DNA of 52,238 nucleotides, from contig MUIB01000055.1 of the NCBI GenBank assembly GCA_002084135.1, forward strand, positions 1 through 52,238. Direction: 5' to 3'. The notes below the pieces were generated by a model that saw only the letters and a program-made list of their open reading frames with translations, had not been told where the DNA came from and did no database searches. The DNA is from Spirochaeta sp. LUC14_002_19_P3. Lineage in GTDB: Bacteria > Spirochaetota > Spirochaetia > DSM-2461. The position numbers and the translations under genes were made by a program. This document shows positions 1 through 9,770 of this stretch, in pieces (position 1 is the first letter of the stretch; each line of letters begins with the position of its first letter).

Positions 1-104
1 TCTTCTTCTACCCGCACGATGCGTTCAAGAACGCTTATATAATCCCGGATTAGATAGACTCCGTCTTGTTTAGATTCCTGTTTTGCGGCCATTAGTGCTT
101 CCAT
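1..104 (-). CDS. 5' part of a hypothetical coiled-coil protein (DUF1640/Bdr-like), running off the window edge
   Basis: Manual translation from ATG at 104 gives MEALMAAKQESKQDGVYLIRDYISVLERIVRVEE; the 'LERIVRVEE' motif resembles small spirochaete coiled-coil proteins. Confidence 0.45.
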   Translation of the reverse strand, partial: MEALMAAKQESKQDGVYLIRDYISVLERIVRVEE

Positions 105-178
105 AATTCATTTATAGCATAAATCCCGGGCAAGGGGAAGTAGGAAAATGAAAAAAAACAGTTAGTTTCATCTCCGTC

Positions 179-1639
179 CTACAGCTTGGAATTGGGAGCA
201 AGGGCATACAGCTCCAGCCGATTGGAAAGGAAATCGGTAAAAGCGAAATAGGCACCGTCCGGGCTTATGTCCAGGCCAGTAGGCTGATCCCGTCCCCATA
301 TCCAAAGAACCGGTTCGCCTTTTTCCAGATCGATAAAATAAATTTTACCGTATTCATAGCCGCGGTTGAGATAGCCTGTATCGGGGTTGTTTGGGCCGCG
401 GGTGGAGACAAGGAGCCAGCGGGAATCGGGGCTTATAGCACTGGTATTGGGTTTTTCGCCCACCTGCCACCAACCCAGCCACTCACCGGATTCGGACAGA
501 CGGTAAACCCGCCCGGCCCCCATGGCGGTAATGTAGTACTCCGCCCGCCGCTCATTGTAAACAATGTGCCGCATAGCATAAATTTTACCTGGAGCGGCAT
601 CGTAAACCCTTCGGGTGCCGCTGAGCAGATTTATCCGATCGACGGCGGAATCCCCAAAGCGGGCAACCAGAATATCCCTTCCGTCAGGGGTAATTTTCAG
701 CCCGCGGGGAGTGGGTCCGGTTTTCAGGGATGCCGTTTCCCGGCGCGAGGCGGCATCGACAACACTCACCGTATCGCTTAGCCAGCAGGAGACATAGAGC
801 TTAGCCTCATGAGCATCTGCGGTAATAACTTTGGGCCAATTCCCGCTCAGCTTCACGGTACCCAGCCAGCTTCCGTTTGCCAAATCGAAAACATGCAGCC
901 GGGAGGTGGTCATCTGGGAAATCCAGAGTTCTCCACGCCCGGGCAGAATGCAGGATTCTACAAAACCCTCCTGCGCGGCATACTCGCGGGGCAGCTCGAA
1001 ATTTCGTATCCAGGCAAAGGGGTTCACTTGGTACTCGCTCACCGGCGTTTTATCGGCCAGGTGAACAACATACAGCCGCTGTCCATCGGGACTGAAGCGC
1101 ACACTCTTCGGAAGGGAAGCCGTCGGTAGCTCCCCCAGCCGCCGCGCAATCGGCGTATCGCGCTCCAGCTTCAGCTCGACAATCCCCTCCCCGTCCAGTT
1201 CCACAATTTGGGAAACATAAGCCTCAGCAATAATCCCCACAGCCCCTGCCGCCGTATCGTAAAAAGCCGTATCCTTATCCCTGAACACAGGTTTCAAATC
1301 GATAAGCTCATTACCCGCCGCCTGAACAATCCGCGCATCCTGAGGGAACACCCGCAACCCCAGCCGCCGCACTTCCGGCAGCTGGGAATAGGCCGCAAGA
1401 CGCTCCGCAAAATCAGGAATTCTCTCTTCTTCTATTATTTCAGGTTTTGGACTGACCTCTGGCGCGCCCAGGTGCTCTTCCACCGGCAAAGCGGCATCGG
1501 CACTGGAAGCCGGAACTCCCGCACAGGCACTGAGTAGCCATGCCGCGGCAATAAGGAGGGCTAGCAGTTTTATCGCACCGCTTCTATATTCACGGGCATT
1601 TCCCGGCAGGCCGCGCAAGAAAGCAATCATGCTCAGCAC
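179..1639 (-). CDS. YncE/YVTN-type beta-propeller lipoprotein
   Basis: Hydrophobic N-terminus with lipobox-like LLSAC; repeated blades PKSVRFSPDGQRLYV, PRGLKITPDGRDILV, PTGLDISPDG. True start may be slightly downstream. Confidence 0.75.
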   Translation of the reverse strand: MLSMIAFLRGLPGNAREYRSGAIKLLALLIAAAWLLSACAGVPASSADAALPVEEHLGAPEVSPKPEIIEEERIPDFAERLAAYSQLPEVRRLGLRVFPQDARIVQAAGNELIDLKPVFRDKDTAFYDTAAGAVGIIAEAYVSQIVELDGEGIVELKLERDTPIARRLGELPTASLPKSVRFSPDGQRLYVVHLADKTPVSEYQVNPFAWIRNFELPREYAAQEGFVESCILPGRGELWISQMTTSRLHVFDLANGSWLGTVKLSGNWPKVITADAHEAKLYVSCWLSDTVSVVDAASRRETASLKTGPTPRGLKITPDGRDILVARFGDSAVDRINLLSGTRRVYDAAPGKIYAMRHIVYNERRAEYYITAMGAGRVYRLSESGEWLGWWQVGEKPNTSAISPDSRWLLVSTRGPNNPDTGYLNRGYEYGKIYFIDLEKGEPVLWIWGRDQPTGLDISPDGAYFAFTDFLSNRLELYALAPNSKL

Positions 1640-1648
1640 CTCATCAAG

Positions 1649-4186
1649 CTAGTCCAGCAGATTCGATATTCTTGTTTTTGGTTCAACTTTATTGTCCTGA
1701 ACGGTATCATCCAGGTACTTGGTATCCAGCCCCAGTTCATCGAAAAGGTCTTGAGTGGTTTTCACCGATTCTGTCTGATCCGTTAAGTTCATGTTCGATG
1801 AATCAATGGAAATTCTCATGGCCTGGGTTTGGTCCCGGTCTTCTTCAAAGGCAGCCATATCACTGATTTCGCTGGGTTGGGTACCGGCAATAAAGACTTC
1901 ATAGCGGGTGAATTCCTTTGGAGTATCCGGTGCCGGTTTCATGCCGGTTCTCACATCAATAACCGTGTTTACCAAACCGGAGGCTGGGCGCGGGAAGTCG
2001 ATGCGGGGCAAATCCTCATGGATGGACTTCATGTAGCGCGCCCACACCGGCCCGGTGGATGTTGCGCCTGTCTGGTTGCGACCGAGGGAATTGCCCCGGC
2101 GGTCGAAGCCTATCCACATTACCGTGGTGTAGTAGGGACTGTAGCCGACTGTCCAGGCATCGGTCCAGTTCTGGGTGGTGCCGGTTTTACCAGCAATGGG
2201 CATGTTGTCGAAGCCCCCTGCGCTGCGCCGGGCATAGGCCAATGTCCCGTAGCGGACTGTAGACTGGAGGAGACTGGTCATAACATAGGCGGCCTGAGGC
2301 GAGAGTACCTGTATGTTTTTCTGTTCCTGCTGCTTGCGGAGTTCCATTTCCGAGTTCAGCACGACATTGCCGTCCCGGTCTTCAATGTAGCGTATGGCCA
2401 GCGGCTCTACCGCCCTGCCGCGGTTGGCTATGGTGGCATAAGCCCGTGCCAGGCGGATGGGCGTAACACTCAGGGTACCCAGCCCCAAGGGATAAACTCG
2501 TTCAAATGTCGAGCCAATTTCCTGCGGATCGCTAATGCCCAGCAGATCCGCCGATCGTTTTATGGCGGCATCAAAGCCGATTTCCCTTAAAACCTTGAGC
2601 GCCGGAATATTCAGCGACCTGGCCAGGGCATCGCGGAGCAGAACGTGGCCGTACCAATATCCCATGTAATTCCCGGGAAGGTAGGGTATGCCGTCGGGAC
2701 TAATAAACTGCTCGGGTCCGTCAAAGATAAGGCTGGAAGCGGTGAAGGTTCCTGAACTGATGGCCGCTGAATAGTAGAGGGGTTTGAATGCCGATCCGGG
2801 CATAACATTGGCACTCACAGCCCGGTTAAACTGATTGTTGCGGTTAAATTCGCTCCCGCCCACCATGGCCAGAATGTATCCGGTGTCGTTGCCCAGAGTA
2901 ATCAGGGCCGTTTCCACGTTGTTCATCTGATTATGCGTTTTAGCCCTGCCGTAAATAACTTTGGATATGGATTTGAGATTGCTTACCCCAAAGGCAAGAG
3001 ACATTGTATCCATAATGGGGTTCAGTTCATTTTCGAGATATTTCCACACTTCCCGGTTTCCCTGCCCCCCTGGCGACCGTATGCCGGGGATATTGAAGGC
3101 TAAGGACAGCAGTTCAATCATTTCATTCAGCGAACGCGAGGCATAGCGGGTTTTCAGCTCCTGATCGTTTTGATAAATCCGATTCCACAATGGGAGGCCC
3201 TGGGCAATTTCCCTGTCTGCGGCAGCCTGGTAGTCCAGGTTCAGGGTGGTGTAAATGCTGTAGCCGTCCCGGTAAATATCCTGCTGACCGAAAAGATGCT
3301 GTTCTACCACGGAGCGGATATATTCACTGAAATACGGCGCCTTGTCGTTGGCTAGACGATCGAAATACGGGGAATCGGTGGCAGAACGGGACCAATCGTA
3401 ATCCACCCAGTAAGCCTGAAAGGATTCATCGGCTTCCTCCTGGCTAATATAGCCTGCAGATACCATCTGGTTAAGAATAACTCTCTGGCGGGTACGGGCG
3501 GCATCCGGCTTGATAATGGGGGAATACAAGCCGGAACCGGCGAGCTGTATCGCCAGCATTACCGATTCAGCCGGACTGTTTTCCCTGGAGGAATGGCCGA
3601 AAAAGAACTGACTCGCGGCTTCAACGCCGTAAGTATTATGCCCGAAATAAACCGTATTTAAATACTGCTCCAGTATTTCCTGCTTTGTAAACCGCCGCTC
3701 TATCTGATAGGCCCACCAGAGCTCCCGCAGCTTGCGCTTTAAAGATATATCCGTGCGATCCGCATGGCGGGCACCGGCCAGTTGCATGGTAATGGTGCTG
3801 GCACCCTGTAGAGAACCTCGCCGGGTAAGCAGGTACCAGCTTGTCTGATAGAGGGCGCGGAAAAAGCCGGAGAGGGAAAAGCCGGTGTGCTGGAAAAACA
3901 GGGAATCTTCACGGGTAAGCACCGCATAAATTTGATTCTCCGGCAATGAGGTAATGGGAGTAATATCCCGCTTCTCGTCCGAAAAGAACTCGGTAATCAA
4001 ATCGCCGTGAATGTCCAGCACCCGCGATGGAATAGCCGGACGGGAGGCGATAAGCTCGTCCATGTCCATGGTATTTTTATTCACGGCAATACTCATGCCC
4101 AGCGCGGTGCCAAGAAGCGCCGCCGTGAACAGCAAAAGCCCTGAAAAGAGCTGAATAATCTGTCTGTACTTTCCCCGGAAAACCAT
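1649..4186 (-). CDS. Class A penicillin-binding protein (PBP1A family)
   Basis: N-terminal TM anchor; transglycosylase motifs EDxxFFxH, GASTITMQL and RKLRE; transpeptidase motifs SAFK, SLN and KTG. Confidence 0.95.
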   Translation of the reverse strand: MVFRGKYRQIIQLFSGLLLFTAALLGTALGMSIAVNKNTMDMDELIASRPAIPSRVLDIHGDLITEFFSDEKRDITPITSLPENQIYAVLTREDSLFFQHTGFSLSGFFRALYQTSWYLLTRRGSLQGASTITMQLAGARHADRTDISLKRKLRELWWAYQIERRFTKQEILEQYLNTVYFGHNTYGVEAASQFFFGHSSRENSPAESVMLAIQLAGSGLYSPIIKPDAARTRQRVILNQMVSAGYISQEEADESFQAYWVDYDWSRSATDSPYFDRLANDKAPYFSEYIRSVVEQHLFGQQDIYRDGYSIYTTLNLDYQAAADREIAQGLPLWNRIYQNDQELKTRYASRSLNEMIELLSLAFNIPGIRSPGGQGNREVWKYLENELNPIMDTMSLAFGVSNLKSISKVIYGRAKTHNQMNNVETALITLGNDTGYILAMVGGSEFNRNNQFNRAVSANVMPGSAFKPLYYSAAISSGTFTASSLIFDGPEQFISPDGIPYLPGNYMGYWYGHVLLRDALARSLNIPALKVLREIGFDAAIKRSADLLGISDPQEIGSTFERVYPLGLGTLSVTPIRLARAYATIANRGRAVEPLAIRYIEDRDGNVVLNSEMELRKQQEQKNIQVLSPQAAYVMTSLLQSTVRYGTLAYARRSAGGFDNMPIAGKTGTTQNWTDAWTVGYSPYYTTVMWIGFDRRGNSLGRNQTGATSTGPVWARYMKSIHEDLPRIDFPRPASGLVNTVIDVRTGMKPAPDTPKEFTRYEVFIAGTQPSEISDMAAFEEDRDQTQAMRISIDSSNMNLTDQTESVKTTQDLFDELGLDTKYLDDTVQDNKVEPKTRISNLLD

Positions 4187-4252
4187 GGCATAACTCTATC
4201 AAAAAGGCCGTTCTGAATCAAGAAACCTTCTAAAAGTTTTTAGAAATTTCCC

Positions 4253-4309
4253 CGGGTGCATGAATGCACCCGCATAATTAAGGGGCACCTAAGGGGTACC
4301 TCAATTATG
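4253..4309. repeat. Two adjacent palindromes: REP-like CGGGTGCAT-ga-ATGCACCCG, and CATAATT...AATTATG enclosing GGGCACCT/GGGTACCT (MITE end motifs)
   Basis: Read directly at 4253-4272 and 4273-4309. Confidence 0.6.
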
Positions 4310-4310
4310 A

Positions 4311-4339
4311 AAAGGCTGCTCCATGAGGAAACAGCCTTT
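4311..4339 (-). terminator. Intrinsic terminator after tRNA-Phe
   Basis: Inverted repeat AAAGGCTG...CAGCCTTT immediately downstream of the tRNA on the minus strand, with the A/T runs supplying the U tract. Confidence 0.7.
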
Positions 4340-4412
4340 TGCCACCGAAGAGATTTGAACTCTTGACACATGGATTTTCAGTCCACTGCTCTACCAACTG
4401 AGCTACAGCGGC
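4340..4412 (-). tRNA. tRNA-Phe (GAA), CCA not encoded
   Basis: Reverse complement GCCGCTGTAGCTCAGTTGGTAGAGCAGTGGACTGAAAATCCATGTGTCAAGAGTTCAAATCTCTTCGGTGGCA forms a cloverleaf with anticodon GAA and a GTTCAA T-loop. Confidence 0.97.
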
Positions 4413-4424
4413 ATACTTGTATGA

Positions 4425-4453
4425 ATAATAAAAAATATTTTTATTTTTGTCAA
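4425..4453 (-). promoter_or_regulatory. Sigma70-type promoter of tRNA-Phe
   Basis: TTGACA-17 nt-TATTAT on the minus strand. Confidence 0.7.
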
Positions 4454-4495
4454 TACCAAATGCAAAGCGGATTGCCAATTTCTTGTTTTCCCCTC

Positions 4496-5167
4496 TCATT
4501 CATCTGCCGAAGCCACCAGAATTCTGCTAACAGCCTGAATGGAAGCCGATACCGCTTCATGTTTTGCCGGGCATTCCAGAGTGAGTATGCCTGCTGGCGG
4601 ATCGATCTTTTGAATCCGGAATTGGGCACCGGGAACCAGGCCATGTTCCGAGAGCCAGCCGAGAAACTCCGGGGTATTATCCTCCACCTGAACCACCCGG
4701 TAAAGGCCGGGTGGGCAGTCCGAAAGCGATACGGCAGCCATTTTGGCCACGGCACCGGAGGCATCGGGAATGGGAGCACCGTGGGGATCGCTGGCGGGAT
4801 TGCCGAGCATGTCGTTAATACGCTGGATAAGTTTGTCGGATACCACATGCTCCAGCACCTCAGCTTCCCGATGAACCTCCGACCAGTCCATTTTCAGCAC
4901 TTCAACGAGAAACAGCTCAATGAGCCGATGGCGACGGATTATTTCCAGAGCTGTTTTATGGCCTTCTGGCGTAAGCACTACCCCCCTCCGGGAACGGTAG
5001 CGCACCAAATTCCTCTCGGCAAGCTGCTTCATCATTGTTGTTACCGTGCCTGGGGTAACCGATAAATCCTGCGCTATCAGCCCCAGGCTCACGCCATTTT
5101 CTGCCCCCTTATCCCGGCTGCGGCGGTGAATGGCCTTCAAATAGTTTTCTTCAGTACTGCTCGGCAT
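4496..5167 (-). CDS. DtxR/MntR/TroR-family metal-dependent repressor with C-terminal FeoA-like domain
   Basis: STEENYLKAI, HTH 'IAQDLSVTPGTVTTMMKQL', RRHRLIELFL, HREAEVLEH, DPHGAPIP. Start moved to ATG 5167 because the ORF-track start at 5209 lies inside a MITE copy. Confidence 0.92.
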   Translation of the reverse strand: MPSSTEENYLKAIHRRSRDKGAENGVSLGLIAQDLSVTPGTVTTMMKQLAERNLVRYRSRRGVVLTPEGHKTALEIIRRHRLIELFLVEVLKMDWSEVHREAEVLEHVVSDKLIQRINDMLGNPASDPHGAPIPDASGAVAKMAAVSLSDCPPGLYRVVQVEDNTPEFLGWLSEHGLVPGAQFRIQKIDPPAGILTLECPAKHEAVSASIQAVSRILVASADE

Positions 5168-5187
5168 GAATAACTTCCTTAACTTTC

Positions 5188-5341
5188 GGGCACCTCTAAA
5201 AAAACCCATTTAGGTCTTGACTCGATCTTTTCCGCCGCTCTTAAGTTGTCAAATGCTCACGTAGCTTAGGCTGGCTCCGCTTTTGCCGCCCGACAAAAAA
5301 TTTCTTCGTCAATTTCCTAAAGCGGTTTTTTAGAGATACTC
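5188..5341 (+). mobile_element. MITE-like hairpin element, copy 1
   Basis: Ends GGGCACCTCTAAAAAA and TTTTTTAGAGATACTC; body shared with copies at 19290, 29821 and 42680; TTTC on both flanks. Confidence 0.85.
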
Positions 5342-5357
5342 TTTCATTGCCATGCCC

Positions 5358-6179
5358 CTACATCATTTTCATGGAACCCTTCCAGAAACCAATGTCCAGC
5401 GTGATAAGCATGGCACCCTGTTTCCTGTCCATGTCGCCGGTTATGGATTCGATGCCACGGATTATTTCCTCTTCCCTGTCGGCGGGTATGGTAGCGAGGA
5501 TGGTGCTGCTGGTGTTTTTCTGTTCATTGAGAAAGCCGATAAAGGTGGCAAACAGCGGAATGTTGGACACATAGCGGCCCATGCCCGAAGAGTCGATAAT
5601 GGTTGCGCCTTCGATGTCTTCCTCCATAAAGTATTCCATTATCTGATAAAGGAACTCATCGAGATACAGTATAAGGATGAGCAGCTTCATTTTGTGCTTT
5701 ACCGCAGCATTGTCGGTATGGTTTTCCCCGCAGTGCCGCAAGAATGATTCGACCAGAACCTCTTCATTACCGGAGTTCATAAGCTCTTTTTTCAGGCTGG
5801 TGCCGCTCAGGGAGCGGGATATGGCGGCAAGAATTTTCATGTGCTCTTCAGGTTTATCTTCCGGCCCGAGGATAACAAAAAACAGCTTCACCTTCTTTTT
5901 GTCCAGGCTGTCAAATTCCACGCCCTTCGGAGCATGGGCAATAAACAAGGCAAATTCCTTCACATCCGCCAAGCGGGCATGGGGAATAGCAATCTCATCG
6001 CCAAAGCCGGTAGAACCCTGAGCCTCACGCGCCATGAGGGCGGCGGCAATAGGCTTTGGAGCAATTCCAGGCAGACTCTTCGCGGCCAGAGCGGCCAGCG
6101 CGTCAACGGCCTTCTTCTTGTCGCCCGCCTTAAAGTTTACCGTACAAGATTTACTGCTTAGTATTGTAGCTATGTCCAT
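5358..6179 (-). CDS. PTS EIIA (Ntr/Fru-type) domain fused to a C-terminal PII-like domain
   Basis: REAQGSTGFGDEIAIPHAR (EIIA phospho-His motif) and GVEFDSLD; the C-terminal ~110 aa (MKLLILIL...GATIIDSSGMGR) resemble the PII/GlnB-like superfamily. Confidence 0.8.
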   Translation of the reverse strand: MDIATILSSKSCTVNFKAGDKKKAVDALAALAAKSLPGIAPKPIAAALMAREAQGSTGFGDEIAIPHARLADVKEFALFIAHAPKGVEFDSLDKKKVKLFFVILGPEDKPEEHMKILAAISRSLSGTSLKKELMNSGNEEVLVESFLRHCGENHTDNAAVKHKMKLLILILYLDEFLYQIMEYFMEEDIEGATIIDSSGMGRYVSNIPLFATFIGFLNEQKNTSSTILATIPADREEEIIRGIESITGDMDRKQGAMLITLDIGFWKGSMKMM

Positions 6180-6182
6180 ACA

Positions 6183-7442
6183 CTATCCTTCCGTATCCAG
6201 AGCTTTTACAATGGCGGCCCGGGAAATGGGCGGCCCGGTTAATTCATTAACGAACACCGAAAGCAAAATGATATTCACCATCATAAAAATAATGTCCTTT
6301 TCCTGCGTGCCAAGCTGGGCAATAATTGGCGATGCCTGAATCATTAGAACTAGCCCTATGGCCACCCCCGCCTGAGGCAACATGCAAAAACCCAGATACT
6401 TTCTTACATTGGGATTCGATTTAGCCAGCACCGCTCCGCTCCACACGCCCGCTACCTTTCCAAGAGCCCGCGCTGCAATAAATACCGCGCCCAGCAACAA
6501 TATTTCGCGGCTGGCAAAGACAGCCGGATTCAGCTCCGTACCGGCAATGGTAAAAAACAGCGCGTAAATCGGTGGCGTAAGAGGTTCCAGATTGTTAAAA
6601 AGCCGATGATTCCTGGGGGATAGATTGATCAGCACCGCCCCGGCAGCCATATTGGCCAGAAGCGGCGAAAGGTGAAGCGCGGTGGAAATAGCGGTGAGCA
6701 GAAATATCCAGCCCAGAGTAACAATCATCTGCTCGCCGGAGTGCCTGCGCCTGGCACAGAGTTTATGGATTATCCAGCCCGCGGCAGCACCCATCGCAAT
6801 GGACAGCAAAATCTCCTTGAAAGCACCGATTATCATTCCAAAACTGCCAGCAGTGCCCTCCGTTCCCCCGGTGCCAAGAAGATTTGACACCACGGCAAAT
6901 ACCACCCCGAAAATAATAACCGCTCCCGCATCATCCAGAGCAACAATGCCGTACAGCCTGTCTACAAATGGCCCGCGGGCCCGCAGCGATTGAACAATGG
7001 CCACTGTGGCGGCAGGAGCCGTAGCCGTAGCAATGGCCCCCAGCAGCATGGCAAAAGGCAGCGGCATACGAAACAGCACAAGCCCCACGCTCACCGCGAC
7101 AAAGGTGAGCAAAATCTGCGCCGCCGTAATAATCATTACCTCACTGCCCATCCGCTTCAGCTTTGCGGCATAAAACTCCCCGCCAATCGTAAGGGCAATC
7201 AGCCCCAAAGCCACATCTGTAACCACCTGTAGAGCCGCGCTCATCTCATGGTGTACCAAACCGGACACCGCATCTCCCAAAATAATTCCGGCAACAATGT
7301 AGCCGGTAATTTCCGGCAGCTTCACCCTGTGCGCAAGATTGCCGAGAAAGTACCCGAGTATCAGCAGAATACCCGCAGCAAAAAGCCCATGGCTGGAGAG
7401 ATAGTCTCTAAGATGAATAATCTCTGTGAACAATGATTCCAT
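6183..7442 (-). CDS. Cation:proton antiporter (CPA2 family)
   Basis: About 12 hydrophobic segments; LPEITGYIVAGIILG, ATATAPAAT, ALDDA and PQAGVAIGL motifs. Confidence 0.9.
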   Translation of the reverse strand: MESLFTEIIHLRDYLSSHGLFAAGILLILGYFLGNLAHRVKLPEITGYIVAGIILGDAVSGLVHHEMSAALQVVTDVALGLIALTIGGEFYAAKLKRMGSEVMIITAAQILLTFVAVSVGLVLFRMPLPFAMLLGAIATATAPAATVAIVQSLRARGPFVDRLYGIVALDDAGAVIIFGVVFAVVSNLLGTGGTEGTAGSFGMIIGAFKEILLSIAMGAAAGWIIHKLCARRRHSGEQMIVTLGWIFLLTAISTALHLSPLLANMAAGAVLINLSPRNHRLFNNLEPLTPPIYALFFTIAGTELNPAVFASREILLLGAVFIAARALGKVAGVWSGAVLAKSNPNVRKYLGFCMLPQAGVAIGLVLMIQASPIIAQLGTQEKDIIFMMVNIILLSVFVNELTGPPISRAAIVKALDTEG

Positions 7443-7705
7443 ACTGAATTTCAGAAGCTATCATATTTACAGTAATAAACCAAGACACACAGCCGAATGA
7501 AGCGAACTTTGTCAGCAAAAATTCGCCTCTAAACAAGGAAAGCTCTGGAATGAGTACGGTAATCCGAAGAATTAACCGCCAATAGAAGGGTGGAAATATG
7601 GGAACCATTATTCGGGACACCTGTAAAATCAGCCCTTAGCCGTGCTGTTTGGGGCATTTTGAAAATTTAGGGGTACCCTTTACTAAATGATATGTTCAAG
7701 ATAGC

Positions 7706-8590
7706 ATGGCAAGGATGAAAGGCATTATTTTAGCAGGTGGAAGCGGTACCCGGCTCTATCCCGTTACCATTCCAGTGTGCAAGCAGCTTTTGCCCGTTTA
7801 CGATAAGCCGATGATATACTATCCCTTATCGACTCTCATGCTTGCCGGTATCAATGAGATACTTGTTATCTCCACCCCCGCCGATACGCCCAGGCTGGAA
7901 AAACTGCTGGGAGACGGCAGCCATTTGGGAATTTCGCTGTCTTACAAGGTGCAGGAACAGCCGAAAGGACTGGCAGAGGCATTCATAGTTGGCAGGGAAT
8001 TCATTGGCGGCGGCACCGTTTGTCTGATACTGGGAGATAACATATTTTACGGCAATCAGCTTGGTAGTATGGCGGAGAAGGCTTCCCGTCTTAGCCAGGG
8101 AGCCCAGGTATTCGGGTACTATGTGAAAGACCCGGAAAATTACGGGGTTGTTGAATTCGACAAGCAAAATCGGGTTATTTCCATTGAGGAAAAACCCGCG
8201 CAGCCAAGATCGAACTATGCCATTGTTGGCCTGTATTTTTATGATGCCTCCGCAGCGGAAAAAGCCGCGAGCCTAAAGCCTTCTCCCCGCGGAGAACTGG
8301 AAATAACCGATTTGAATCGGCTCTATCTGAATGAAGGCACTTTGAGTGTGGAATTTCTGGGCAGAGGATATGCCTGGTTGGATACCGGAACCCATGAATC
8401 GCTGCTGGATGCCGCGAATTTTGTCCGTATTATCGAAGACAGGCAGGGTATTAAAATTTCCTGTATCGAAGAGATAGCCTGGAGAAAGGGCTGGATTAAC
8501 ACCGAACAGCTCCTTGCTCTCGGCAAACAGCGGCAAACATCATCTTACGGGCAATACATTCTCAAGGTAGCCCAGGGGCAGTGGGGATGA
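7706..8590 (+). CDS. rfbA: Glucose-1-phosphate thymidylyltransferase
   Basis: [33 protein letters not shown] and [10 protein letters not shown] motifs. Alternative start at 7715. Confidence 0.97.
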   Translation: MARMKGIILAGGSGTRLYPVTIPVCKQLLPVYDKPMIYYPLSTLMLAGINEILVISTPADTPRLEKLLGDGSHLGISLSYKVQEQPKGLAEAFIVGREFIGGGTVCLILGDNIFYGNQLGSMAEKASRLSQGAQVFGYYVKDPENYGVVEFDKQNRVISIEEKPAQPRSNYAIVGLYFYDASAAEKAASLKPSPRGELEITDLNRLYLNEGTLSVEFLGRGYAWLDTGTHESLLDAANFVRIIEDRQGIKISCIEEIAWRKGWINTEQLLALGKQRQTSSYGQYILKVAQGQWG

Positions 8591-9654
8591 GCATTTCCGA
8601 GAGCACAATTTTGGTAACCGGGGGAGCTGGCTTCATCGGTTCATCTTTTATTCACAGTCTTTTTAAGAATCCCGCCTTTACAGGCCGGATTGTTAATATT
8701 GATCTTCTCACTTATGCGGGCAATCTTGCCAGCCTTGCAAGCATAGCGGACAATGAGTACTATACATTTATCCGCGGCGATATACGGGATGCCCCGGCTA
8801 AGCTGTTCGCCGAGTTCGACATAAGGGCTATTGTCCATTTTGCGGCCGAATCCCATGTTGACCGCTCCATTGTAAACCCCGATGATTTTATTACCACGAA
8901 CATTGTGGGCACTTACAAACTGCTGGAAGCGGCAAGAACACAGTGGAAAGATCGCAAAGATGTTCGCTTTCATCACATATCCACCGATGAAGTTTTCGGC
9001 TCCCTGGGCAAAGAAGGATACTTTACCGAAGAAAGCCCCTACAGTCCGCGCAGCCCCTACTCGGCTTCAAAGGCCTCTTCCGATCATCTGGTGCGCGCTT
9101 ATTTCCACACTTACGGCTTGCCCATTACCATTAGCAACTGCTCCAATAATTACGGCCCCCGGCAATTCCCGGAAAAACTGATTCCCCTGATGATTGAAAA
9201 TGCCCTAGAGGGCAAGCCCCTGCCCGTGTACGGCGATGGCCTCAACATTCGGGACTGGCTTCATGTAGACGACCATTCCGCCGCGGTATGGAAAATTCTT
9301 ACTCTGGGGAACCCCGGTGAAACGTATGCGGTGGGGGGCAATAATGAAGTTAGCAACATAGACCTGGTGCGGCTTGTCTGCCGTCTCCTTGCCGAAGAAA
9401 CCGGCAGGCCCGAAGAAAATTTTTCCCGTCTGATAAGCTTTGTGAAAGACCGTCCCGGGCATGACAGACGCTATGCCATTGACGCTTCCAAAATAACCCG
9501 CGAACTGGGATGGCAGCCTTCGCGTACTCTCACAAACGGTCTAAGGGAAACCATCCGCTGGCAGCTGGCTAACCGCGATTGGGTGGATTCTGTTAAATCC
9601 GGGGAATATCTGTGTTGGCTCAATGAGAATTACCTTCGGAGGGGGGAGAATTGA
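8587..9654 (+). CDS. rfbB: dTDP-glucose 4,6-dehydratase
   Basis: [35 protein letters not shown] and DRPGHDRRY motifs; ATG 8587 overlaps the rfbA stop (ATGA). Confidence 0.97.
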   Translation: MSISESTILVTGGAGFIGSSFIHSLFKNPAFTGRIVNIDLLTYAGNLASLASIADNEYYTFIRGDIRDAPAKLFAEFDIRAIVHFAAESHVDRSIVNPDDFITTNIVGTYKLLEAARTQWKDRKDVRFHHISTDEVFGSLGKEGYFTEESPYSPRSPYSASKASSDHLVRAYFHTYGLPITISNCSNNYGPRQFPEKLIPLMIENALEGKPLPVYGDGLNIRDWLHVDDHSAAVWKILTLGNPGETYAVGGNNEVSNIDLVRLVCRLLAEETGRPEENFSRLISFVKDRPGHDRRYAIDASKITRELGWQPSRTLTNGLRETIRWQLANRDWVDSVKSGEYLCWLNENYLRRGEN

Positions 9655-9689
9655 GAGTTGAATGTGGTCTTCTTAAAAAATATCGCCCC

Positions 9690-9770
9690 TTGAACCATTT
9701 CGTGTTTTTCGCGTCTTTCGTGGTTCAAAACCTCCCCATTCATGTTCTTCCGTGGTTCCAAACCTCCCCA
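9690..9770 (-). repeat. Short REP-like dispersed repeat (AACCACGAAAGACGCGAAA type), copy A
   Basis: Reverse complement GGAACCACGGAAGAACATGAATGGGGAGG..AACCACGAAAGACGCGAAAAACACGAAATGGTTCAA matches 13177-13243. Confidence 0.75.

Noticed and set aside
4340..4412. tRNA-Phe as an island integration site
   Set aside because: No integrase and no duplicated tRNA 3' end seen in the window; flanking genes are housekeeping.
4370..5065. 231-aa plus-strand ORF
   Set aside because: Antisense to the DtxR-family gene and overlaps tRNA-Phe.
5188..5341. Hairpin elements as integron attC sites
   Set aside because: They lack RYYYAAC/GTTRRRY ends, occur in both orientations between core genes, and no intI is present.
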